Shown here piece by piece: positions 38,487-48,578 of a stretch of 64,000 nt of DNA. The stretch is taken from contig NC_073387.1 in the NCBI RefSeq assembly GCF_028641065.1, positions 22,692,001-22,756,000 on the forward strand. Direction: 5' to 3'. The stretch's first letter is position 1. Each line of letters starts with the position of its first letter. The notes beneath the pieces are model-generated. The model searched no databases and had not been told where the DNA came from. It worked only from the letters and a program-made list of their open reading frames with translations. Position numbers and translations under genes: made by a program. The DNA comes from Leucoraja erinacea. Taxonomy: Eukaryota.

Positions 38487-41400
38487 AGAGTCACATCTCT
38501 GGTGGACTTGTTCAGTAAAGGACCGACACACAGACCCTTGGCGACCCTTCTGTGTCAGGCCCTCGAAGGAAACAGCTGTTCACTGTTGATCTGTTGTCTG
38601 ACACTTGCAGGTGAACTCATATGGGACTGGATGAGGCCATTCAACCCGTCACGTCGATCCCAGCCATCGAACGATTTAGACGACATGCGACACCGTGCTG
38701 CAGCTGGTAGAGCTGCTGCCTCAGCACCAGTTCAGTCCTGACCTCGGGTGCTGTCTGTGTGGAGTTTGCATGTTCTCCCTGTGACCGCGTGTTCCAGTTT
38801 CCTCCCACTTTCCAAAGACGTGCAGGTTTAATTGGCCTCGGTAAAATGTCCCCCAGTTTGTAGGGAGTGGATGAGAAAGTGGGATAGCAGAACTTTATTT
38901 TTTACGACACAGAACATAATGAATATATTCACTATAATGAATACTTTTGTAACTTTGCCAGCGCTCTATACGTGTGACTCTTTGCATACTTGTGTATTGT
39001 CTGCAAAACAAGGAATTTCACATGTGACAATAAGGTATCATCCATTCTAAGGGTTCAAAGGTTATTTTATTGGTCACATACACCATAGGTGTAGTGAAAT
39101 GCTTCTTGCCACTGCAGCACATAAACAAATAATACAGAAATAACAATAATAAAGAGATTTAAACATAAAAAACATCCCCCCACAATGGTTCCCATTATGA
39201 GGGAAGGCGCAGTGTCCAGCCCCCATCCCATGTCCACCCATTGTCGGGCCTATTCATAGAACAGTACAGCACAGGAACAGACCCTTCAGCCCACGATGTC
39301 CGTGTCAAACTCCTCTGCCTGCACGTGATCCATATCCATTCGTTCCTTGCATAGCCATGTGTTTGTGCCCGTGTGTTTGGCATTGATATTGTGGGCCAAA
39401 GGGCCTGCTCCTGTGCTGTACTGTTTCCATGTCATATCTTTAAGTATAGAAGTTGGGAGATCATGTTACAGATGTATAAGACGTCGGTGAGGCCACATTT
39501 AGAGCATTGTGTTCAGTTTTGGTCACCACCTAATAAGGAAGATGTAATCAAGCTGGAAAAGGTGCAGGGAAGATTCACGAGCATGTTGCCAGAACTCGAG
39601 GGCCTGAGCCATAGGGAAAGGTTGCCATAGGGCACAGGAGGAGCGATCTTATAGAGGAGTACAAGATCATGAGAGGAGATAGCGAATCTTTTACCCATAG
39701 TAGGGGAATCGTGTACAAGGATCATTTGAGAGGAAAAGATTTAATAGGGGGAGTGTCAATTTTACCCAGGGAGGTGGGTATGGGGAATCGTGAAGCAGGC
39801 ACAATCACAATGTTTAAGAGACATTTACCTGGATAGCACAGGTTTGGAGGGAGATGGGCCAAATGCAGGCAGGTGGGACTAGTGTAGCTGGGGCATGTGG
39901 TCAGTGTGGGTAGGTAGGGCCAAAGGGCCTGTTTCTATCCCAGTGGTCATACCCCCTCATTAGGTCTTTTCCCGTCTCACAGGTGACTGTGCTGTCCACT
40001 CTCCCCCCACCACGGCCACCCTAAAATCCTCTCTCTCTCTCTCTCCCGGACAGAGTCAAGGCCTGGAGAGACAGACTCCCCGCTGGCCCTGGCCCAGAGG
40101 GTGGTGGGACTGACCAACCGAGTCTCCCGTCTCAGCTGGGATCACCGGGAAACCGCACGGAATCTCCGCCGCAGCATCGGCGAGCTGCGGAAGACAGCGA
40201 GCCCGGCTGGTGAACTCAGCGGTCAGGATGCAGCAAAATTGGCGACTCTCGTGTGGGAATTACAGGCCAGTGCATGCAGCATGTGTGAATCCTTCCACTG
40301 GGAACTAACGTTCTTACACTAAACAATATTCCATTATCTGTATTCTTGCACTAAACATTATTCCCTTTATCCTGTATCTGTACACTGTGGATGACTTGAT
40401 TGGTGCTAATGTCGTCTTTCTACTGACTGGACAGCATGCAACAAACAAGCTTTTCACTGTATGTCGGTACACGTGACAATAATAAACAAAATTAAATGAA
40501 ACATTCCAGAGGGGTGCAGCAGGTGGAGCCGCTGCCTCACGGTGCTGGAGACCCTGGTTTGATCCTGACCTCGGGTGCTGTCTGTGTGTGGAGTTTGCAC
40601 GTTCTCCCTGTGGCCGAATGGGTTTCCTCCGGGTGCTCCGGTTTCTTCCCACATCAAAACGACGTGCAGGTTTATAGGTTAATTGGCCTAGGTAAATTGC
40701 CCCTAGTGTGTAGGGAGTGGATGTGAAATTGGGATAACATAGAACTATTGTGAACGGGTGATTGATAGTCGGCACGGACCCGGTGGGCTAAAGGACCTGC
40801 GTCCATTGGGTCTGGCAGCATCACTAGAGAACATGTATTGGTGACGTTTCGGGACTGAAGAAGGGTCCTGACCTGAAACTTTGCCGATCCATTTTCTCCA
40901 TGGATGCCGCCTGACCCGCTGAGTAACTCCAGCATTTTGTGCCTTTTTTTAAACCAAAAAACTTGGTGTCTTTTTCCTTGCGTCAACTACATTAAACAGA
41001 CCATGTTTGTTCAATAGATGGTGAAACAGCAACGGTGGGAGAAGAAGCTGGAGAGCTCCAATGCGATGCAGAGAGGAACGTAGGGAGTTCCTCAAGATGG
41101 TTGGTCCTTTTTCTCACTTGAGCGAGGGAGAGAGTTCAGTTCATTTATTTATTGTCATTCGATAAAAACATGCATCCACATGAATCATGAATGAAATTTG
41201 TACTCAGCAGTCCGAGCAGCGTACTAGTGTAGGCAGACAAAAAAGTCAAGACATCAATAAATTCTAAATGCTTCCACAAAAACCTTCATGAATAGTGAAA
41301 TAATTGTACTCAGCATGGTTCCGCAGCAGTCCATAGTACTAGTGTAGGCAGACATCCACTGAGGTAGTGAGTACAGTCAGGAGACATCAATAAATTCCTG

Positions 41401-44400
41401 ACCTGATTCTTTGCCTATATGGAAGAAAAACCAGCCTTCTCCCTGAGGGGATGGGGCAAAAAGTCAGTTGCCGGGTGGGTGGGGTCCACAATAGACTAAA
41501 TAATGAGTGAGCCTAATAATAAATAGTAAAAAGTAAAAAAGCAGCATGGTTAAAAGACAGCAGCATAATAATGTCCATAGCAGCAGCAGTAGCAGCAGAC
41601 AGTTCACTGAGGTAGTGAGGGGGTTCAGTCAGTGAGTGAGTGGGAGGTTTCCAAAAATAACAAGCTTTTATTACATATTCACATTTTCAAAGCACTGCAT
41701 TAATCAAAACTGCGGTTTGCAAACCTCAGAGACAGATGGCTGAAGAAGTAGGGTCCTGATGGTGTATACAAATTGGGAACCTGTCCATAGAATTTCTGCA
41801 GGAGTAGGATGCCGCTCAATATGATCATGGCTGATCATCCAACTCAGTATCCCGTAGAAGCCACTGGCTTTAACTGGCCTCAACTACCCCTTGTTGTCCT
41901 GGCCTTTATGCTGCGCAGCCTTCTCCCTAAGTCCGAATCTCACTGCCCTATGCGACCAACAGTCTGTAACGTTAACTCAGGATTCTTCAGGCCTGAGGGG
42001 GGGCAAAAAGTCCAGTTCACGGTGGGTGGGGTCCTTCATGATGTTTGAGGCTAACTGTTCTTGCACCTGCTGATGTAAATGTCCTGGACACAAGGAGGAA
42101 GGGAGGCAGCTTTTTAATGGGACTGACTCAGAGCATATGAAATGAGATTGAGGGAGCACTTTAAAAACTAGAGTGTTGAATGTTGAAATATGCAGTGTGT
42201 CTGTGAAATGCGTGTGCTGGTTGATTGTGAGAGATGCGTGGGGGGGGGGGGGGGGGGCAGAGAAAGTGCTTTGATTGAATTGAGAGATCCCAACATTGAG
42301 ATGAGCAGAGAGAGAACATAGAGACTGGGAGAGCGTCGAGCTGGTTCACACAAGAGGAAAAAGTGCTGAGAGTGGGTCAGTGTGACCCACTGAGGGACCA
42401 CTCCAGCATCTTTCTGTGGTACAACTTTCTGTGGGATTCTTGCTTGCTGCAGCTTAACAGGTCAGTAAACGCAAGAACACACGCATGGATAATACATTCC
42501 TTCTTCTGGCTTCCCGATTCCTATCTGTCCTTATCTCATACATTTTGTAGTCTCATCTCTGGACTTTGTCCAACCATCTGGCCATCAAACCCCCCCACAC
42601 CCCCCCCCCTCCCCCCCTACTCCCATCTGCATCCACCCATCACTGGCAAGGCTTTGTCCCACCCACTCCCAGCTTTCTCTCCCCCTCGCCCACCATGTCC
42701 CAACCCAAAACATCATCAATCCACATTCTCCAGAGATGCTGCCTGGCCCGCTGAGTTACTCCAGTACTTTGCGTCTTTTTCCCCCTGTAAAACAGCATCT
42801 GCAGTTCTTTGTGCCACTCTCGGTTTCCAATTGAGTTTGGTGTCTATGCTGCCGGCTACAGACAAAGCCACAGCCTGTCCCATTCCCAACAGGGTTTACT
42901 GGAGCAAGTCCAAGAACCGGAAGGTATCCCATCGGAAGTTGAGCATTGCTCCACACAGTCATTCCCAGCGCTCCTACAGGAATACAGTCGGAAAAAGGAC
43001 CAAATCAGGCGGATTGAGGACAAGCTGAAGGAACGCCTTTTGGAGTATCTGAAGGGTGAGGAAATGCTTCAAAAAGCGCAGGGACCTCATTGAAACTTTC
43101 CAAATAATGAAAGACCTGGATAGAGTGTATGTGGAGAGGATGTTTCCGCCAGTGGGAGAGTCTATGACCAGGGGGCACAGCCTCAGAATAAAAGGTTGTA
43201 CCTTTAAAAAGGTGGAGGGTGGCACAGCGGTAGAGTTGCTGCCTCACGGCGGCAGAAACCTGGGTTCCATCCTGACTACAGATGCTGTCTGTATGGAGTT
43301 TGTATGTTCTCTCTTGACCACATGGGTTTTCTCTGGGTGTTTCAGTTTTCTCCCACACTACAAAGATGCACAGGTTTATAGGTTTGGCTTTGGTAAAATT
43401 GGAATTGCCCCTAGTGTATAGGATAGTACGGGGGTGACCGATGGTCGGCTCGGACAGGGTGGGCTCCATAGCTGAGCCACGGTGCCACTCAAAGATTATC
43501 TATAATTGGAGAATTCAACGTTCATACCATTGCTGTCTTGCTGATTAAAGCACGGACTCACTTTCTCAGCGCGTCAAGCATCAGGCCCCGGTTCTAACAT
43601 AACGTGCCATCAAAATCTGTTTATGTTCTTCCTGTGGAAACAGCCGGCAGTGCGGAGGCGAAGGACGGGCCTTCTCAGCCACATCCAGGGGTTACGAAAG
43701 AGGCTGCGGGTGGAGATGGGCAGCCGAGAGAACATCAGGCAGCAGCTGCAGGCCTTGGAGACAGCAGCTGAACTCATCCAGGTATGTGCGACTCCCTGTC
43801 CCACCGTCTGTGGTCTTGGAATGACAAACATCATGTCCGGCACAGACATTGTGGGCCGAAGGGCCTGTCCTTGTGCTGCACTGTTCCATGCTCCAAGTGT
43901 AAGTTTAGTTTAAAGATGGAGCATGGAAACAGGTCCACTGAGTTCTCGCCGACCAGCGATCACCCTGTATATTAACACCATGCTATACACTGGGAACAAT
44001 TTACAAGTTTACTGAAACCAAATTAACCTAGAAACCTGTACATCTTTGGGATGTGGGAGGAAACCTGAGCATTCAGAGAAAACTTACACGGTCAAGGAGA
44101 GAACGTGCAAACTCCATACAGGCAGCACCTGAGGTCAGGATCGAACCCGGTCTCTGGCACTGTGAGGCAGCAACTCTACCGCTGCGCCACTGTATTAGTT
44201 TAGAGATACAGCATGGACACAGACCTTTCGACCCACGAGTCCACTCTGACCATCGATCACGGGTTCACACTAGTTCTGTGTTATCCCACTTTCCCATCCA
44301 CTCCCTGCACACTCGGGACAATTTACAGAAGCCAATTAACGTACAGACCCGTGCGTCATTGGAGTGTGGGAGGAACCGGATCAAAGGACAAAGGACATTT

Positions 44401-47400
44401 ATTGTCACATACACCAATTGGTGCAGTGAAATTTGAGTTACCATGCAGCTCACAAATAAGATGAACACAACACTATAGAATTTAACGTAAAACATCCCCC
44501 ACAGCAGAATCAACATTTCCCACTGTGAGGAAAGGCAATAAAGTTCAGTCATCTCCTCCTCATGTTCGCCTTAGATTTACAAGGATGTTGCCAGGACTAG
44601 AGGGTGTGAGCTATAGGGAGAGGTTGAGTAGGCTGGGTCTCTATTCCATGGAGCGAAGGAGGATGAGGGGAGATCTTGTAGATGTATTCAAAATCATGAG
44701 AGGAATAGAGCGGGTAGATGCACAGAGTCTTTTTGCCAGAGATGGGAAATCGAGGACCAGAAAACATAGGTTCAAGGTGAAGGGGAAAAGATTTAATAGG
44801 AATCCGAGGGGTAACTTTTTCACACAAAGGGTGGTAGGTATATGGAGCAAGCTGCCAGAGGAGGTAGTCGAGGCTGGGTCTATCCCATCATTTAAGAAAC
44901 AGTTGGACAGGTACATGGATAGGACAGGTTTGGAGGGTGAATGACCAAGTGCAGGCAAGTGGGACTACGGTAGCTGGGACATTGTTGGCCTGTGTGGGCG
45001 TGTTGAGCCGAAGGATCTGTTTCCACACACTATGACTCTACCTGGTCACAGGGAGAACGCACAAACTCCATACAGACAGCACCCGTAGTCAGGATTGAAC
45101 CCGGGTCTCTGGCATTGTAAGGCAGCAACTCTACTGCTGGACCAAACCTGCCCTAATTCTGCACTAATTTTGTTTCCATCACCCAGCAGAGCTGTGCCCC
45201 ATTACAATCAGACCTTGATGTAGTGTACACCACAGCAGTGGAGAAGAGGTCAAGAATGGCCAAAGGGAACGCTGCCCTGGTGCAGAGCGAACTTGAGAGG
45301 ATGGAGCAGGATCTGGAACTTCAACAAGTAGGAATTCCCTCAACTCTTCTATGTTTAGTTTAGTTCAGTTTACTGTCACGTGTACCGTGGTACAGGGAAA
45401 AGCTGTGCCCAATCCAGTCATCGGAAATACTATACATGATGGCAATCAAGCCGTCCACTTTGTACATACGCAGGATAAAGGGAATAATGTGTAGTGCAAG
45501 AAAAAGTCCGTTTAAAGATAATCCAAGGGTCTCCCATGAGGTAGATAGGAGGTGAGGTCCGCTCTCTAGTTGGTGAGAGGATGGCTTAGTTGTCTGATAA
45601 CAGCTGGGAAGAAACTGCTCCTGAATCTAGAGGTGTGCATTTTCACATTTCCGGCCGCAGCCTCGTGGATAAAGCCCGGGTCGGGCGAAGTGGCCGTTGG
45701 AGCTCGCGGCTGGGGCGCGTGCCGGCACCCACGGAGGCATGAAGTGGGGCGTCGACAGCGGTGGGGCCTCAGTGGCGGCAGCAGTGAAGCCTCGTGACGA
45801 TGGTGCCTCAGCGGTGGTGGGTCGACCCACGGTTGACCGTCTGTGAGAACGTGGAGGACCACCGTGACGGGGGGAGATGAAGAACAATGGAGGCCCGGCG
45901 TGGTGGGATCGCCGTGAAGGTGGAGGGGGGTTGAATAATGAACAGTGAGGGGTAAGGGTGGCAAAGGACAATGGAGACCTGGCGTGGGGGAATTGTTGGG
46001 GGTTGAGGCAAAAGGAGGAGCCGGTGTGTTGTAACTTTGTCAGCGCTGTAGGTGGCTGCTATTTGTTTACATTGTGTATGCAAGCTCACTGTGCCTAGTC
46101 ACATGTGACAATAAAGTATTCCTATTCCTACCTCTTTCCTGATGGGAGAGGTAAGATGAGGGAGTGTCCGGGGTGCGACTGGCCCTTGTTTATGCTGGCA
46201 GCATATTACGGATTGAATACAGGTGCAGTATATGTGGAGTTTGTATGTTCTTTCCGGTTTCCTCCCACACTTCAAAGACGTGTGGGCTTGTAGGTTAATT
46301 GGACAATTTGAGAACGTGCGAACTCCGTACAGACAGTACCCGTAGTCAGGATCGAACCCAGGTCTCTGGCTTTGTGAGGCAGCAACTCTACCGCTGTGCC
46401 GCCCGCCCTGTGGGGCACCTTGGTCAGCATGGGCAAATTGGGCCGAAGGAACTGTTTCTGTGCTGCTGCATGACTCTCTGAGGGGCAAGAGTATAATGTC
46501 TAAAGGCATGTGTGAACACTACAGCGTTTGACACTATTGAATGTGTAGGCACTAAGCTTGTGTGAAAAGCTTTTTGTAAATGTTTTTGTTTTAAATATAT
46601 TTATTAAATTCTGAACAAAGTTTATTCCTGGAAATTTTTTAAAAAAGCATGCAGGCCCTGTGTGGTCAGAGGAGGCTTCGAGGCTGAGGAGGGAGCGGGA
46701 TGTGATGGTTTTACAACTGGTGGCTCTGAGGAAGGAGAAGGAGGAGGCAGAGAGGGACCTGAAGGCAATGCATCGAAGCTACAAGGCTGAGTTGGCAGAT
46801 CAGAAACTCCAGGCTTTGCAGGTGAGTGTGGGGGAATGGTGGAGAGTTGTGGGTTGCGTGATCGGTTCAACTCCACAATCCAACAGTTCCCAAAGTATTC
46901 ACCCTACTGGGACAAGTTTAGTTCATAAGTCACAGGAGAAAATTTAGGCCATTCAGCCCATTCTGCTAATCAATCATGGCTGATCTATCTTTCCCTCTCA
47001 ACCCCATTCTCCTGCCTTCGCCCCATAACCACCGACACCCTTACTAATCAATGATCTGTCAATCTCCGCCTTAAAAATATCCAATGACATGGCCTCCACA
47101 GCCGTCTGTGGCAATGAATTCCACAGATTTACCACCTTCTGATTAAGAAAATTCCTCCTCATCTTTCTAAAGGTACATCCTCTTATTTTAAGGCCTCTGG
47201 TCCAGAACTCTCCCACTGGTGGAAGCATCCTCTCCATATCCATTCTAAATAGGCTTCACTATTCAGTGATGAAAGATACAGCATGGAAACAGGCCCTTTG
47301 GCTTACCGATCGTCCCGCATGCTAGCACTATCCGACACACTAGGAACAATTTACACAAGTCAATTAACCTACAAACCTGCATGTCTTTGGGATGTGGGAA

Positions 47401-48578
47401 GAAACTGAGGCACTTGGAGAAACCCCACGTGGTTACAGGGTAAACCCGAGTCTCTGGCGCTGCGTTAGGAACTCTACTGCTGCGCCACTGTGCAGCCTCG
47501 CAGAGGAAAAGTGCAAGGGCCGTAATGGGGTAGGTTGGAAGATCAGGACCACAGTCCAATTTATTGGAGGATCGTTCAGAAGCCTGATAACAGAGGGGAA
47601 GAAGTTGTTGCCCTCAGTTGGTCCATATCGATGAGTTGGGCTAAATCTAACTCGCAAGATATTTAGCAATTAGTATTTTGCAATGTTGGCAAGGAATCAT
47701 TCTTAACCCATCGCCTCAACAGATCCTCCGTGAGTTTGGGGAGGTGGCCAGGCAGCAGCAGAGCGCTCTGGAGGAGCGTTACCGTGGGCTTGTACGGGAG
47801 GCGGTCCAAGACACAGTGTACCTCGCAGATCAGAAGCAGCGACTGGAGCAGGGGAAGGAACGACTACAGGAGGGTAAAGTACTGGTGGAACTGAGGTCTG
47901 GAGTAAGGAGAGGTGGGGTCAGGTAAGGGTGACAGCTGGAGTGATGGATGGACTGATGTGTAGGAAGGAACTGCAGATGCTGGTTTACATCAAAGATGGA
48001 CACAAAATGTTGGAGTAACTCAGCGGATCAAGTTTGATAGAGAGCCTGATAAATTGATTGATGAATGCATGGATTGGTGGAAGGATACAGCATGGATACA
48101 GGCCCTTCGGCCCACCGTGTCCATGATGACCATTCATCCGATCACCAGGTCACACTAGTTTTAAGTTATCCCACTTTTGCATGCACTCCCTGCACACTAG
48201 GGGCAATTTACAGAGGGTCAATTAATCAGCACGGACACTAGGCTGAAGGGCCTGCTCCTGAGCTGCACTGTTTGCACTGAGAAGTACGGGTGTCAGGGGT
48301 TATGGGGAGAGTGGGGTTAAAAGGGATAGATCAGCCATGATTGAATGACGGAATAGACTTGATGGGCCGAATGGCCGAAATCTACTCCCATCACATGACC
48401 TTATGACTTTTCTATGTTCTACGTGCTGCTCGAACCTACAGCCACTTGTGTCTTTGCTTTCTTGACATCTGCAGTGGTTGCAAATCTACAAGAGCAGCTG
48501 ACTGCAACGAGACAGCAGGAGGAGATTCCTCGCCGGCAGCAAGAGATCGACAGGCCCACCTCCAGCAGCAGAGCTTGA
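26687..48578 (+). CDS. Divergent kinesin motor-like + coiled-coil protein, 17 coding exons, ~663 aa (two apparent 1-nt frameshifts)
   Basis: Exons 26687-26738, 29272-29354, 30688-30735, 31863-32009, 33654-33731, 34380-34462, 35427-35534, 36572-36679, 38489-38610, 40054-40265, 41018-41099, 42893-43055, 43644-43781, 45187-45327, 46648-46821, 47723-47873, 48475-48578. Kinesin landmarks occur in order (VRVAV, YTYDCVF, GFN...SGK, DLL, LATLLCQALEGNS, LALAQRV); phases agree except at exons 11 and 13. Confidence 0.82.
27590..28890 (+). mobile_element. Penelope-like retroelement, 3' fragment (RT end + GIY-YIG)
   Basis: LPFLDL, FTCTSSNLIYCICCSRCGLLYIGE motifs; frameshifted; boundaries approximate. Confidence 0.85.
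29272..29354 (+). CDS. Kinesin-like gene exon 2
   Basis: DEEDGGITSVTVKDLQSSTVLELNAGGK, ttgcag/GTCAGT, phase 1 to 0. Confidence 0.75.
30190..30540 (-). mobile_element. Rex1/Babar-like LINE 3' fragment
   Basis: [41 protein letters not shown]; related pieces near 7440-7590, 9300-9540, 51400-51650, 63020-63375. Confidence 0.7.
30688..30735 (+). CDS. Kinesin-like gene exon 3
   Basis: DYTYTYDCVFKQDGNQ (cf. FTFDxVF...Q), ccacag/GTGAG. Confidence 0.82.
31615..31800. repeat. Imperfect (TG/CG/CA)n alternating purine-pyrimidine tract
   Basis: Visible directly; similar tracts at 27390-27505 and 30925-31075. Confidence 0.85.
31863..32009 (+). CDS. Kinesin-like gene exon 4 (degenerate P-loop)
   Basis: DGVYTALVKPMLSRVMRGFNVSLVVSGTHASGKRMLLEGERREDGIVYK, GTAAG donor. 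Confidence 0.88.
33654..33731 (+). CDS. Kinesin-like gene exon 5
   Basis: MLKDLFTELKSEKNGRKQLITLSDIQ, ctgcag/GTGAAG. Confidence 0.82.
34380..34462 (+). CDS. Kinesin-like gene exon 6
   Basis: FHHDGSTVDLLNPHGREIQSLQHSLLGP, cttcag/GTAAGT. Confidence 0.82.
35427..35534 (+). CDS. Kinesin-like gene exon 7
   Basis: VMTELSEIVVSGFEDAWNLYHDGTKAQKLGGTPLDR, ttacag/GTAAG. Confidence 0.82.
36572..36679 (+). CDS. Kinesin-like gene exon 8 (switch I/II region, degenerate)
   Basis: CSTVMLEWEETASTCVRSLLRIFALSCGPQGDVENG, GTAAGT donor, phase 2 to 2. Confidence 0.72.
38066..38380. mobile_element. Same MITE family, opposite orientation, eroded ends
   Basis: TCCACCATCAATTTTCCGGC ... GCCGGAAAATTGGTGGTGGA; internal sequence is the reverse complement of 58650-58800. 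Confidence 0.72.
38489..38610 (+). CDS. Kinesin-like gene exon 9
   Basis: VTSLVDLFSKGPTHRPLATLLCQALEGNSCSLLICCLTLA (cf. [24 protein letters not shown]); (CT)n tract before the acceptor. Confidence 0.87.
40054..40265 (+). CDS. Kinesin-like gene exon 10 (helix 6, neck, start of coil; probable GC donor)
   Basis: ESRPGETDSPLALAQRVVGLTNRVSRLSWDHRETARNLRRSIGELRK...LVWELQ; donor CAG|GCCAGT. Confidence 0.75.
41018..41099 (+). CDS. Kinesin-like gene exon 11 (apparent frameshift)
   Basis: MVKQQRWEKKLESSNAMQ then EERREFLKM in a shifted frame; as assembled there is an in-frame TAG at 41081-41083. Confidence 0.65.
42893..43055 (+). CDS. Kinesin-like gene exon 12
   Basis: GLLEQVQEPEG...LLQEYSRKKDQIRRIEDKLKERLLEYLK, caacag/GTGAG. 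Confidence 0.8.
43644..43781 (+). CDS. Kinesin-like gene exon 13 (apparent extra base near 43667-43670)
   Basis: AGSAEAKDG then LLSHIQGLRKRLRVEMGSRENIRQQLQALETAAELIQ in the next frame; GTATG donor. Confidence 0.72.
44575..45040 (+). mobile_element. CR1-clade LINE 3' fragment
   Basis: [35 protein letters not shown]...FFTQRVV. Confidence 0.9.
45187..45327 (+). CDS. Kinesin-like gene exon 14
   Basis: QSCAPLQSDLDVVYTTAVEKRSRMAKGNAALVQSELERMEQDLELQQ; tandem CAGCAG acceptor. Confidence 0.78.
46648..46821 (+). CDS. Kinesin-like gene exon 15
   Basis: HAGPVWSEEASRLRRERDVMVLQLVALRKEKEEAERDLKAMHRSYKAELADQKLQALQ; GTGAGT donor; acceptor is weak (aaaaag) and chosen for phase. Confidence 0.78.
47723..47873 (+). 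CDS. Kinesin-like gene exon 16
   Basis: ILREFGEVARQQQSALEERYRGLVREAVQDTVYLADQKQRLEQGKERLQE, caacag/GTAAAG. Confidence 0.85.
48475..48578 (+). CDS. Kinesin-like gene exon 17 (terminal)
   Basis: VVANLQEQLTATRQQEEIPRRQQEIDRPTSSSRA-stop; AATAAA at 48711-48716. Confidence 0.72.

Noticed and set aside
42363-43028. 221-aa ORF
   Set aside because: Runs through low-quality sequence and a Penelope-derived repeat; the real exon (42893-43055) is in another frame
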